Assembly (NCBI GenBank): GCA_965220745.1
Contig: CBDCQT010000013.1
Location: forward strand, 864,001-928,000
Source of the DNA: Alphaproteobacteria bacterium
GTDB taxonomy: Bacteria; Pseudomonadota; Alphaproteobacteria; UBA828
Direction: 5' to 3'
DNA length: 64,000 nucleotides
Below are positions 27,285 through 39,813 of the stretch, one piece after another (position 1 is the first letter of the stretch; every line of letters begins with the position of its first letter). A program made the position numbers and the translations under genes. The notes under the pieces are model-generated. The model saw only the letters and a program-made list of their open reading frames with translations, was not told the origin of the DNA and did no database searches.

Positions 27285-27614
27285 CTACAGCAGGATTTCG
27301 ACGAAGCCGAGGGCGACCAGCACGGCGGTGAGCAGGATGGCGCCGACGATGGCGGTGACGCGCACCACGCGGCGCACCGGGTTCTGGGTGTTGGCGAAAG
27401 GGATGAGATTGAAGAGGAGCCCGCCGGCCACCACCATGATGCAGCCGGCCGAGAAGAGCGGCCGGTACACGGGCTGGAATATGAAGACCAAAGCGAGCAG
27501 GCAGAGCGCGATGATCGCGATCACGATCAGCCGCGCCGTGCGGCGGGACATGTTACGCCGTGCCGGCTTCTCCTGCGCCGGCGCCTCCTGGGGTTCTGCC
27601 TGTGCCTCGCTCAT
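27285..27614 (-). CDS. Small membrane protein in the ABC transporter operon
   Basis: 109 aa, three hydrophobic segments; ATG overlaps the ATPase stop. Confidence 0.75.
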   Translation of the reverse strand: MSEAQAEPQEAPAQEKPARRNMSRRTARLIVIAIIALCLLALVFIFQPVYRPLFSAGCIMVVAGGLLFNLIPFANTQNPVRRVVRVTAIVGAILLTAVLVALGFVEILL

Positions 27615-28711
27615 GACGCGATCCTCACGCCGTCATGGTCGAACAGATGGACCTGCCCCGGCGTCGGCGCCACGTGCATGGTCTCACCGACCGCGGCCGG
27701 GTGCCCCCGGCTGGTCACCACGCGCAGGTCGTCCTCGCCGATGCGGAGGTGGATCAGGGTCTCCGCCCCCATCGGTTCGATCAGGTCGATCTGGCCCGAG
27801 ATCGTGGTCGGTCCGGCCTCGGATGCGGGTGCCAGTCCGCGCGGGCGCACGCCGACGGTGACCGGAGCATTGCGCCGCTCAACGGTGCCCCGCAGGGAGA
27901 TCTCCGCATGCAGCGGCAGGGCCACCTCTTGCCCCAGCATGTTCACGGTCGCCGTGTCCTCGTCCGCGTCGATGACGTTGGCCTCGACCAAGTTCATCTG
28001 CGGCGTGCCGATGAAGCCCGCGACGAAGACGTTGGCGGGCTTGGCGAAGATGTCGTGCGGGCTCGCCACCTGCTCGATGATGCCGTCGCGCATCACCGCG
28101 ATCCGGTCGGCGATGGTGAGCGCCTCGATCTGATCGTGGGTCACGATCACGGTCGCCTTGTGCAGGCCGTTGAGGAGCTGCTTGATCTGCCCGCGCATCT
28201 CCTGGCGGACGGCAATGTCGAGCCGGCTCAGGGGCTCGTCAAAGAGGAAGCACTGCGGGTCGCGAATGACGGCCCGGCCGACCGCGACGCGCTGCTTCTC
28301 GCCCTCGGCAAGCCGGCCAGGGACCCGGCCGAGCGCATGGGAAAGGTCGAGAAGGCCGGCGATCTCCCTCACCCGACGCTCGATCTCTTCCTTGGTGATG
28401 CGCTCCGCATGAAGGGGGAAGGCCAGGTTCTCCGACACCGTCAGGCTCGGATAGAGCGCGTAGAACTGGAACACCATGGCGATGTCCCGATCGCGCGGCG
28501 CGAGCTCGTTGACCCGCGCACCCGCGATGAAGATGTCGCCCGCCGTCGCGTCCTCGAGCCCCGCGATCATGCGGAGCGTCGTGGTCTTGCCGCAGCCGGA
28601 GGGCCCGAGCAGGCACACAACCTCGCCGGCTTCGACGTCGAGATCGATGTCGTCGACCGCGGCGAGCGAGCCGAAATGCTTGCTCAGGTTGCGCAGCTCG
28701 ATGTCTGCCAT
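27611..28711 (-). CDS. Sugar ABC transporter ATP-binding protein (MalK-like), degenerate signature
   Basis: GPSGCGKTT, FLFDEP, VTHD; signature reads LAEGE. Confidence 0.95.
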   Translation of the reverse strand: MADIELRNLSKHFGSLAAVDDIDLDVEAGEVVCLLGPSGCGKTTTLRMIAGLEDATAGDIFIAGARVNELAPRDRDIAMVFQFYALYPSLTVSENLAFPLHAERITKEEIERRVREIAGLLDLSHALGRVPGRLAEGEKQRVAVGRAVIRDPQCFLFDEPLSRLDIAVRQEMRGQIKQLLNGLHKATVIVTHDQIEALTIADRIAVMRDGIIEQVASPHDIFAKPANVFVAGFIGTPQMNLVEANVIDADEDTATVNMLGQEVALPLHAEISLRGTVERRNAPVTVGVRPRGLAPASEAGPTTISGQIDLIEPMGAETLIHLRIGEDDLRVVTSRGHPAAVGETMHVAPTPGQVHLFDHDGVRIAS

Positions 28712-28718
28712 GGCAGCG

Positions 28719-29588
28719 CTACCGCCTGATGGTGCCGAAGGTGACGCCGCGCAGGAGCTGGTTCTGCAGCAGGAACGTCACGAACACCACCGGGATCAGG
28801 AACAGCGTCTCGATCGCCGCCAGCAGCCCCCAGCGCACGCCGATGTCGCCGCCGATGGTCTGCGCCATGGCGACCGGCACCGTGCGTGTGTCGCGCCCGG
28901 TGAGCAGCAGGGCGAAGAGGAACTCGTTCCAGGTTAGGATCAGCCCGAACACGGCGGTCGCTGCGATGCCCGCCTTCACTTGCGGCAGGCAGATGCGGAA
29001 GAAGATCTTCATCTCCGAGCTGCCGTCCATGCGCGCGGCATCTTCCACCTCGCGCGGTATCTCGTCGAAGAAGCTCTTCATCATCCAGATGGTGAAGGGC
29101 AGGTTGAACGCGGCGTAGAGCAGGATGATCCCGATGTAGCTGCCGCTGAGCCCGCTCAGGCGGAACATGATGAAGATCGGGATGATGACGATGATCGGCG
29201 GCAGCATCCGGGTCGTTAGGATGATGAAGAGGTAGGTCTCGTTGCCCCGGAGCGGCCAGCGCGAGAAGCCGTAGGCCGCGATCGTGCCGATGATCAGCGC
29301 GACCCCGACCGAGGCGCCGGCGATGAAGATGGAGTTGAAGAAGAAGAGGTCGAAGTGGGTGTCCACCGCCGCGCCGCCGCGCTCGTAGGCGCGGGCGAAG
29401 ACGCTGACGAAGTTGTCCAGCGTGGGCGTGAAGATGAACTTGGGCGGGGTGGAGAGCGCGTCGGTGTGGCTCTTGAACGCGGTCAGGATGATCCACAGCA
29501 CCGGGAAGAAGTAGATGAAGCTGATGACCGTCGAGAACGCGGTCCGCCCCCAGCCTGCCTTGCCGATCTCACGCCGTCTGCGGGCCAT
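28719..29588 (-). CDS. Carbohydrate ABC permease (MalG-like)
   Basis: EVEDAARMDG EAA loop, WNEFLFA. Confidence 0.95.
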   Translation of the reverse strand: MARRRREIGKAGWGRTAFSTVISFIYFFPVLWIILTAFKSHTDALSTPPKFIFTPTLDNFVSVFARAYERGGAAVDTHFDLFFFNSIFIAGASVGVALIIGTIAAYGFSRWPLRGNETYLFIILTTRMLPPIIVIIPIFIMFRLSGLSGSYIGIILLYAAFNLPFTIWMMKSFFDEIPREVEDAARMDGSSEMKIFFRICLPQVKAGIAATAVFGLILTWNEFLFALLLTGRDTRTVPVAMAQTIGGDIGVRWGLLAAIETLFLIPVVFVTFLLQNQLLRGVTFGTIRR

Positions 29589-29591
29589 GAC

Positions 29592-30512
29592 CTATTGGTC
29601 CTCCACGTCCCGTCGTCTGACGAAGAAGAGATAGAGGTTGGTCAGCACGATCACCACGAAGAGCAGAATATAGCCGAGCGCCGCCGACTGGCTGGTCTTG
29701 AAGTACTGGAAGGCCACCCGGTAGACGTAGACGGCGATGGTCTCGGTGGAGGTGCCCGGCCCGCCCTCGGTGATCAGGAACACGATGTCGAACAGCTTGA
29801 ACGCCTCGATGGTGCGGAACAGGATCGCCAGCAGCAGCAGGCCCCGGATGTAAGGGAAGGTGATCGTCCAGAACCGCCGCCACCAAGACGCGCGGTCGAT
29901 CTCGGCGGCCTCGTAGAGGTGCTTGGGCACGCTGACGAGGCCGGCCAGCACCAGTAGCATCACGAAGGGCGACCACATCCAGACATCGGCGAAGATGATG
30001 CCGGCGAGCGCGCCCACCTCGGAGCCGAGAAGGATGAAGGGCTCGCCCGTGATCGCCTTGATCCCCTGGCTCAGGAGGCCGAAGGTCGGCTCGTAGTAGT
30101 AGCGGAAGAAGGCGCCGACCGCGACGAAGCTCAGCATCATCGGCGTCAGCACCAGCATCAGCAGCACGCGGCGGCCGGGGAAGGTCTTCTCGAAGAGGAG
30201 CGCCAGCAGGAAGCCCACCACGAGCTGAAGCAGCACGTCGACCGTGACCACGATGGCCGTGGTCTGGAAGCGCTCCCAGACCACCGGGTCGGTCAGCACC
30301 TTCTGGTAATTCTTAAACCAAACGAATTCCGGTTCTTTGATGCGATTCGCACGATACCGATAGAAGCTCAGACCGAAGGACCAGAGCAGCGGAAAGATGT
30401 TCATGATGAACAGCACGGCGAGCGCCGGCGAGACCAGGAGCGGCCCGCGGTTGCGCTCGAAGAAGCGCTCCAGCAGCGTGCCGTGCTCGGCGTGATACGT
30501 GGTGACGGCCAT
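29592..30512 (-). CDS. Carbohydrate ABC permease (MalF-like)
   Basis: LYEAAEID, TEGGPGTSTET. Confidence 0.95.
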   Translation of the reverse strand: MAVTTYHAEHGTLLERFFERNRGPLLVSPALAVLFIMNIFPLLWSFGLSFYRYRANRIKEPEFVWFKNYQKVLTDPVVWERFQTTAIVVTVDVLLQLVVGFLLALLFEKTFPGRRVLLMLVLTPMMLSFVAVGAFFRYYYEPTFGLLSQGIKAITGEPFILLGSEVGALAGIIFADVWMWSPFVMLLVLAGLVSVPKHLYEAAEIDRASWWRRFWTITFPYIRGLLLLAILFRTIEAFKLFDIVFLITEGGPGTSTETIAVYVYRVAFQYFKTSQSAALGYILLFVVIVLTNLYLFFVRRRDVEDQ

Positions 30513-30560
30513 GCGTCAGGGGCCGGTCAATCTCAATGTTCCGGGCAATCGGTGGGAAGG

Positions 30561-30593
30561 AAAGGGGGCGGCCCCTTATGCGGAGCCGCCCCC
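30561..30593 (-). terminator. Stem-loop after the binding-protein gene (terminator or mRNA-stabilising hairpin)
   Basis: Minus strand GGGGGCGGCTCC-gcataa-GGGGCCGCCCCC followed by TTT. Confidence 0.5.
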
Positions 30594-30609
30594 GTTACCG
30601 CCTCGATCG

Positions 30610-32043
30610 CTAGTCCTCGATGCGCCCCGCTTCGCGCAGGAGCTCATCCTGGAAGACGGCGATGTTGTCCAGCGCCTCCTTGGCGGAGATCTGACCGGTA
30701 ATCGCCTTGTCGAACTCTTCCTGCTGCTGCACCAGCAGCTCGAAGAACTCGGGGATGTGCCAGACGTCCCTCTGCCAGTCGAGGCTCGGGCCGAAGGCAT
30801 GGTTCCACGGCCGGTACTCCATGTACTCGGGCGTGGTGTAGACGCTCTGGAGCCCGCTCTGGCCGCCACGCGAGGCGAACTCGTGCTGCACCGGAGTCGA
30901 CAGCCACCACTTGCAGAAGTCGAGCGCCTCCTTGATCACCGCGTCGCTGTTCCAGGTGGTCAGCACGAAGGGCTGCCCACCGATGTTGGACCAGCGCACG
31001 ATCTCGTCGCCCACCAGCAGACCCGGCATCCGCGCGAAGTTGACCTTGTCGTGGACCTTCGAGAGTTCCGGCGCAATCGCGGACTCGCCGAAGCCGATCC
31101 ACTGGATGATCCAGGCCACCTTGCCTTCGCGGAACAGCTCGTCGACCTTGAAGATGTCCATGGTGCCGGTCTGGACCACCGGCGGCATGAACTCGGTCAG
31201 CGAGAGATAGTGCTCGAACGCCTCGACGGCGACGTCGGAGTTCACGACGCCGATGGCCTGGCCCTCGGGCTCCTGGGTCTCGTCCCAGATGCTGCCGCCA
31301 TGCTGCCAGATGAAGCCGTTGATCTGCATGCTGGAGAAGTCGTAGCCCTTACCGGCCTGGTAGGCGATCCCGTAGAAATCGTCGTTCAGGGTCTCGCCGC
31401 CCAGCGACTCGCCGGAGCTGCGACGGAAGAACTCGCCGAAGTCACGCACCTGGCCCCAATGGACTTCGTTCTGCTCCTCGGGCGAGCACGGCAGGTCGTA
31501 GCCGTACTTCTCCTTGAACGCGGCCATCTCGCCTTCATGGCAGAACAGGTCCTGCCGGTAATAAACCACCAGCACGTCCGGCATCTGCGGGAAGCCGTAG
31601 TAATTCTCTGTGCGATGCGGATAGGTGGAATAGGACGCGACCAGGTTGGGATGAAGATCCTCGAACACCGCCTGCAGACCGGGGTCGGCATCGATGAACT
31701 CGTTGATCTTCATGTAGTAGCCGCCCTCGATGTTGGCGCCCAGCCACTGGCTGTCGCTGACCGCCATCTGGTACTTCTCCTCGCCCGAGGTCAGCGAGGC
31801 CGCGAGCCGCGTGTAGTAGTCGGGCCACGGGATGAAGTCGATCACGAGCTTCACGTTGTTGCCGCTTGGCGCGTTGTAGCTCGCGTTCGCCATGTCTTGC
31901 ATGATGCGCGTCGGCGGCCAGTCGGGCGCCGCCATGTTGATGGTGATGTCCTCGGACTTTGCGGGACCACCCCACATGGCGGAGCCGACCAGCGCCACCG
32001 CGCCGGCGAGCAGTGCCGCCTTGCCCTTTGTCATGAGTCTCAT
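30610..32043 (-). CDS. Sugar/polyol ABC transporter substrate-binding protein (CUT1)
   Basis: Signal peptide, YGFPQMPD..V.YYRQDLF, operon context. Confidence 0.9.
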   Translation of the reverse strand: MRLMTKGKAALLAGAVALVGSAMWGGPAKSEDITINMAAPDWPPTRIMQDMANASYNAPSGNNVKLVIDFIPWPDYYTRLAASLTSGEEKYQMAVSDSQWLGANIEGGYYMKINEFIDADPGLQAVFEDLHPNLVASYSTYPHRTENYYGFPQMPDVLVVYYRQDLFCHEGEMAAFKEKYGYDLPCSPEEQNEVHWGQVRDFGEFFRRSSGESLGGETLNDDFYGIAYQAGKGYDFSSMQINGFIWQHGGSIWDETQEPEGQAIGVVNSDVAVEAFEHYLSLTEFMPPVVQTGTMDIFKVDELFREGKVAWIIQWIGFGESAIAPELSKVHDKVNFARMPGLLVGDEIVRWSNIGGQPFVLTTWNSDAVIKEALDFCKWWLSTPVQHEFASRGGQSGLQSVYTTPEYMEYRPWNHAFGPSLDWQRDVWHIPEFFELLVQQQEEFDKAITGQISAKEALDNIAVFQDELLREAGRIED

Positions 32044-32133
32044 GCTTGTCTCCCTTACTCGGTCTACTCGCAAACCGCGGCGGTGCCTGCCGTCGATCGT
32101 GTCGGCCGGCCGCTCCGGCGGGCGCGCCGCATC

Positions 32134-33228
32134 CTACGCCACCATGGTGCCGGAGTCGCTCAGGAAAAGTCGTGTATCGGCGCCGGCGAGCGCAATGCGC
32201 ACGCTGTCACCGGCTGTATAGCGGGCGCCCGTCGCTTCCGCCACCACCATGCGAAGCGGTACGCCGGCCGCCGAAAGGTCGAGAATCGTGATGTCGCCCT
32301 GGGGCTCGGTAATCTCGATCGTGGCCGGCACGCCGTCTCCGTTCTCCTCGACCAGCGAGAGGTCGTGCGGCCTGATTCCCACCAGGAGCTCGGTACCCGC
32401 ACCGAGCGCCTGCAGCCTCTCGCGCCACGGGTTGCCGTCCAGTTCCATGAACGGCAGCTCGATGGCAGGCCCTGTGTTGCCGCCCAGCTTGAGCGTGCCC
32501 TTGACCAGATTGATGGGCGGGTCGCCGATCAGCGAGGCGACGTGGCGGTCGACCGGCTTGGCATAGAGGCGGTCGGGGGTATCGACCTGGGCGATCTGCC
32601 CGTGCTGGATCACGGCGATGCGCTCGCCGATGCTGAGCGCCTCAAGCTGATCGGGCGTCGCGTAGATCGTGGTCGTGCCGAGCTCCCGGTGCAGCCGCTT
32701 GAACTCGGCCCGCATGTCGTGGCGGAGCTTCGCGTCGAGGTTGGTGAGCGGCTCGTCGAAGAGGAAGAGCCGCGGACGGCGGATGATGGCGCGCCCGATG
32801 GCGAGCCGCTGCTGCTCGCCGCCGCTGAGCGAAGCCGGCCTGCGGTCGAGCGTGTGGGTGATGCGCAAAAGCTCCGCGGTCTCGCGCACGCGGCTGTCGA
32901 TCTCGGCGCGTCGCATCTTCATCTCGCGCAAGGGGTAGGCGAGGTTCTGGAAGGTGGTCAGGTGGGGGTAGAGCGCGAAGCTCTGGAAGACCATCGCCAT
33001 GTCGCGCCGCTTGACCGGAGTGCCTGCGAGATCGATCCCGTCCACCATGAGCGTGCCGGCGTCCGGCTTCTCCAGCCCGGCGATGACGCGGAGCGTGGTC
33101 GTCTTTCCGGCCGCGCTCGGGCCGAACAGCACGAAGAATTCTCCGTCATCGACCTCCAGGTCGACGCCGCGCAGCGCATGCACCGAGCCATAGCTCTTGG
33201 TCAGCCCCGTGAGGCGTACCTCCGCCAT
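32134..33228 (-). CDS. Second sugar ABC transporter ATP-binding protein
   Basis: GPSAAGKTT, LSGGEQQR, FLFDEP; H-loop reads YATPD. Confidence 0.95.
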   Translation of the reverse strand: MAEVRLTGLTKSYGSVHALRGVDLEVDDGEFFVLFGPSAAGKTTTLRVIAGLEKPDAGTLMVDGIDLAGTPVKRRDMAMVFQSFALYPHLTTFQNLAYPLREMKMRRAEIDSRVRETAELLRITHTLDRRPASLSGGEQQRLAIGRAIIRRPRLFLFDEPLTNLDAKLRHDMRAEFKRLHRELGTTTIYATPDQLEALSIGERIAVIQHGQIAQVDTPDRLYAKPVDRHVASLIGDPPINLVKGTLKLGGNTGPAIELPFMELDGNPWRERLQALGAGTELLVGIRPHDLSLVEENGDGVPATIEITEPQGDITILDLSAAGVPLRMVVAEATGARYTAGDSVRIALAGADTRLFLSDSGTMVA

Positions 33229-33526
33229 CCGATGTGCCCGCTCCGATGAATTCTCCCAGACGCGCGAGCGGCGGCCGAGCGGTCCAGCCAGGACCGCGTT
33301 CGGCTGCCTTTCGCGCGCGCACAATAGCACCATGGCCTCGCCTGCCAAACGTGCGGCGCGTGTTTCCTTTCCTTGCGACAAGCGGTTGCTCTCACGAGCC
33401 TCCTGAAACGCGCTTCACAAATGGGCCACGCTATGCAACAACCCGGCCCCGACGGTCGTCGGCGTGGCTCAGAAGTCCCGCAATTCGGCCCGTCGCCCTT
33501 TTGAACGAGAAGCAGCACCTTCGCCT

Positions 33527-33745
33527 ATGGCCAAAGAGGACTTGCTCGAGTTTTCCGGCACGGTTCGCGAGAAGCTGCCGGACACGATGTTCCGCGTGGC
33601 GCTCGATAACGGTCACGAGATCATCGCGCGCCCGGCGGGCAAGATGCGCAAGTTCCGCATCCGCGTGCTCGTCGGCGACCGGGTCGATGTCGAGATGACG
33701 CCCTACGATCTGTCGAAGGGCCGCATCATCTTCCGCCACAAGTAG
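33527..33745 (+). CDS. infA: Translation initiation factor IF-1
   Basis: MAKEDLLEF...[27 protein letters not shown], 72 aa. Confidence 0.97.
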   Translation: MAKEDLLEFSGTVREKLPDTMFRVALDNGHEIIARPAGKMRKFRIRVLVGDRVDVEMTPYDLSKGRIIFRHK

Positions 33746-33846
33746 GCTAAGAGCAGGCGAGTAGGGCGCGCAACGGGCGGAGCCTCCCGTCCGCACGCCT
33801 CCCCCGTACTCTGTTATGATCGGGAGGTATCGGGAGGAAGAGGGGC

Positions 33847-34536
33847 ATGGCCCATCCACGCTTCGGCGATATCGCGGCCTGCGTCTTCGACGCCTACGGC
33901 ACACTGTTCGACTACAACGCGGCGGCCGGGCGCCACGTTGCGGCGCTCGGCGACAAGGCCGCTCCGCTCGCCGAGCTCTGGCGTCACAAGCAGCTCCAGT
34001 ACACCTGGCTGCGCAGCCTGATGGGCCGCTACACGGGGTTCTGGCAAGTCACGGGCGACGCGCTCGATTTCTCCATGGGGGAGCTCGGTATCGAGGACGA
34101 CGCGCTGCGCGCCCGGCTGATGGAGGCCTACCGCACCCTGGACGCCTACCCGGAGGTGCCGGAAACGCTGGCGACGCTCAGGGCGCACGGGCTCAAGACC
34201 GCTATCCTCTCGAACGGCGAGCCCGAGATGCTGGCGGCGGCGGTCGAGGCGGCAGGAATCGGTGACAGTCTCGATGCGGTGCTCTCGGTCGAGGAAGTCG
34301 GCATCTTCAAGCCTCATCCCTCTGTCTACCAACTGGTGGTGGATCGGCTCGGCGTGCCGCCGGCCAAGGTGAGCTTCCAATCCTCGAACGCGTGGGACGC
34401 CAACGGGGCGGCAGCCTTCGGCTTCCGCGTCGCTTGGTGCAACCGCTTCGGTCAAGGGCAGGAGCGTATCCCGGAGGCGCCCGACGCCGAGATCAAGACC
34501 CTCGCGGAGCTTCCTCCCCTACTGGGCGTCGCCTGA
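33847..34536 (+). CDS. Haloacid dehalogenase type II
   Basis: FDAYGTLFD, LSNG, FKP, SSNAWD. Confidence 0.9.
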   Translation: MAHPRFGDIAACVFDAYGTLFDYNAAAGRHVAALGDKAAPLAELWRHKQLQYTWLRSLMGRYTGFWQVTGDALDFSMGELGIEDDALRARLMEAYRTLDAYPEVPETLATLRAHGLKTAILSNGEPEMLAAAVEAAGIGDSLDAVLSVEEVGIFKPHPSVYQLVVDRLGVPPAKVSFQSSNAWDANGAAAFGFRVAWCNRFGQGQERIPEAPDAEIKTLAELPPLLGVA

Positions 34537-34546
34537 GGATCGCGCC

Positions 34547-35158
34547 ATGCGCCTGTTGCAAGTCCTTGGCCTGATCGCGCTCCTGGCCGCGGGCGCTGCA
34601 GCGACGGGCGCCGCGCAGGCCGACTCGTGGCTGGCCGGTCGGGTGCTGGTCGCGAGCGAGCACATGCCCGACCCGCGCTTCCAGGAGACCGTGATCTATC
34701 TCGTCGATCACGACGAGAACGGCGCGTTCGGACTGGTCGTCAACAAGCCGATCAGCACCGCGCCGATCGAGGGACTTCTCGATCGGCTTGGCATCGACCT
34801 CGACGATGAGGGCCTGGACGCGCTGCGCAGCGGCCCCATAACCCTGCATTACGGCGGCCCGGTTCAGCCGGAAATCGGCTTCCTGCTGCACTCGGCCGAG
34901 TACGCGATCCGCGGAACCAGGGTCCTCTCCGGCGCGTTCGCGCTCACCACCAACCTCGAGGTGCTGGTCGACGTCGCGTTCGGTCGTGGGCCGCGCCGCA
35001 GCCTGCTGATCTTTGGTTATTCCGGCTGGGGGCCGTCGCAGCTCGAGAGCGAGCTCGCGCGCGGTGACTGGGCGGTGATCGACGCCGATCCCGACCTCGT
35101 GCTGGGCACCGACCACGAGAGCAAATGGCGCCGCCTGCTCGGCGGCATCATCATTTGA
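34547..35158 (+). CDS. YqgE/AlgH (DUF179) family protein with N-terminal signal peptide
   Basis: DPRF..TVIY, GAFGLVVNKP, YGGPV, GYSGWGPSQLESE. Confidence 0.85.
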   Translation: MRLLQVLGLIALLAAGAAATGAAQADSWLAGRVLVASEHMPDPRFQETVIYLVDHDENGAFGLVVNKPISTAPIEGLLDRLGIDLDDEGLDALRSGPITLHYGGPVQPEIGFLLHSAEYAIRGTRVLSGAFALTTNLEVLVDVAFGRGPRRSLLIFGYSGWGPSQLESELARGDWAVIDADPDLVLGTDHESKWRRLLGGIII

Positions 35159-35215
35159 ATCGCCGCCTGCAGACCGCAGGCCAGGTTTTACGCGAGAGGA
35201 CGAGGCCCCGGCCGC

Positions 35216-38014
<2,799 letters not shown>

Positions 38015-38168
38015 GGCATCATCCCGACAACTATCGCCCGCCGCCGCATGCAGCGACGCCAGTAACCGAGAGATAGGCGTGCGTTCGGGTCCTGTCAACG
38101 CGGCGCGGTATTCGTCTCGCTCCGGCTCTGCTTGTATGTTTGGCGCGGCCCGCCACCAGGAGAGGTCG

Positions 38169-39404
38169 ATGACCGCGATATCACCCCTTGCGCCCGCGCG
38201 CTTCCCCGATATGCCGCCGGTTCCCGGCGTTCGGCTTGCCGCTGCCGAGGCGCGGCTGCGCTACAAGGGCCGGCCCGATCTTCTGCTCGCGTCCTTCGCG
38301 CCGGGGACGACGGTCGCCGGCACGCTCACCCGCTCGCATACGGCGGCGCCGCCGGTGCACTGGTGCCGGGCGCTGCTGGGCGAGGGCGATGGCACGGCAC
38401 GGGCGCTGGTGGTCAATGCCGGCAACGCGAACGCCGCGACCGGGGAGCAGGGCCACGCCGCCGTGCGTCAGACCGTCGATGCGGCCGCCGCGCTGGTGGG
38501 CTGCCGGGCGGACGAGGTTTACGTCAGCTCCACCGGGGTGATTGGCGAGCAGCTGCCGGTGGAAAAGCTGACCGCCGCGCTGACCCCGCTTCACGCCCGC
38601 CTCGCGGACGACACCTGGCCCGAGGCTGTGGCCGCGATCATGACCACGGATACCTTCCCCAAGGGTGCTTCGGCCAAGGCCGAGATCGACGGCGTGCCGG
38701 TGGTCATCAATGGTATCACCAAGGGCTCCGGCATGATCGCGCCGAACATGGCCACCATGCTCGCCTACGTGTTCACCGACGCGAACCTGCCGGCAGCGGC
38801 GCTGGGGCCTCTGGTCCGGCGCGGCGTGAACCGCTCGTTCAACGCCATCACGGTGGACGGCGATACCTCGACCAACGACACCTGCCTGCTCTTCGCCACC
38901 GGCGCTGCGGGGAACCGGCGGATCGGGCGGGCGGGCGACCCGCGGCTCCAAGGGTTCCGTACCGCGCTGGAGGGCGTGCTGACCGACTTGGCCCAGCAGA
39001 TCGTGCGGGACGGGGAGGGGGCCCAGAAGCTGGTTTCGATCACGGTGCGCGGCGCGGCTTCGGAGGCGGCAGCCCGCAAGCTCGGGCTCGCCATCGCCAA
39101 CTCGCCGCTGGTGAAGACGGCGATCGCCGGCGAGGACCCCAACTGGGGACGGATCGTCGCCGTGGTGGGCCGGGCTGGCGTGGCCTTCGACCAGGCGCGG
39201 CTCTCGATCTGGCTCGGCGGCGAGCGCGCGGCCAAGGACGGTGTGGCCGATCCCGCCTTCGACGAGCCGGCGGCGGCCCGCCACATGCAGGGGCAGGAGG
39301 TCGACCTCGCCGTCGAGATTGGTGCGGGCCCCGGCTCGGCAACCGTCTGGACCTGCGACCTGACCCACGGCTACATCGAGATTAATGCCGACTACCGCAC
39401 CTGA
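38169..39404 (+). CDS. argJ: Bifunctional ornithine acetyltransferase / N-acetylglutamate synthase
   Basis: [41 protein letters not shown]. Confidence 0.97.
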   Translation: MTAISPLAPARFPDMPPVPGVRLAAAEARLRYKGRPDLLLASFAPGTTVAGTLTRSHTAAPPVHWCRALLGEGDGTARALVVNAGNANAATGEQGHAAVRQTVDAAAALVGCRADEVYVSSTGVIGEQLPVEKLTAALTPLHARLADDTWPEAVAAIMTTDTFPKGASAKAEIDGVPVVINGITKGSGMIAPNMATMLAYVFTDANLPAAALGPLVRRGVNRSFNAITVDGDTSTNDTCLLFATGAAGNRRIGRAGDPRLQGFRTALEGVLTDLAQQIVRDGEGAQKLVSITVRGAASEAAARKLGLAIANSPLVKTAIAGEDPNWGRIVAVVGRAGVAFDQARLSIWLGGERAAKDGVADPAFDEPAAARHMQGQEVDLAVEIGAGPGSATVWTCDLTHGYIEINADYRT

Positions 39405-39810
39405 CGGGTCGCGTCCCCTTGTCCTGGTGGCGGCGGTCGCGCTGGTCGATGCCGACGGCCGCGTGCTGCTGGCGCGCAGGCCGCCGGGCAAGGCCATGGC
39501 GGGGCTGTGGGAGTTCCCCGGCGGTAAGGTTGCGCCCGGCGAGACGCCCGAGCGCGCGCTGATTCGCGAGCTGCGCGAGGAGCTCGGGATCGACACGGAG
39601 CAGAGCTGCCTCGCGCCTCTGGCTTTCGCTTCCCATAGCTACGACGACTTCCACCTCCTCATGCCGCTCTACATCTGCCGGATATGGAACGGCTTCGTGA
39701 CGGCGAAGGAGAGGCAGGAGCTCCGCTGGGTTCGGCCCGCGCGGCTCCGCGACTTCCCCATGCCGCCGGCCGATGCGCCGCTGATCCCCGTGCTGCGCGA
39801 CCTGCTCTAA
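39385..39810 (+). CDS. mutT: 8-oxo-dGTP diphosphatase (Nudix)
   Basis: WEFPGGK...GE...ALIRELREELG Nudix box; conserved position after argJ. Confidence 0.9.
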   Translation: MPTTAPDGSRPLVLVAAVALVDADGRVLLARRPPGKAMAGLWEFPGGKVAPGETPERALIRELREELGIDTEQSCLAPLAFASHSYDDFHLLMPLYICRIWNGFVTAKERQELRWVRPARLRDFPMPPADAPLIPVLRDLL

Positions 39811-39813
39811 CCC

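Noticed and set aside
30499-33249. 916-aa plus-strand ORF, and similar long ORFs at 23179..25788, 44165..46498, 48063..50594 and 60536..62461
   Set aside because: Antisense shadows of well-supported genes, expected from high-GC codon bias; no recognisable motifs.
38015-38168. No peptidyl-prolyl isomerase gene between secA and argJ
   Set aside because: Minor synteny variation; no pseudogene remnant is visible.
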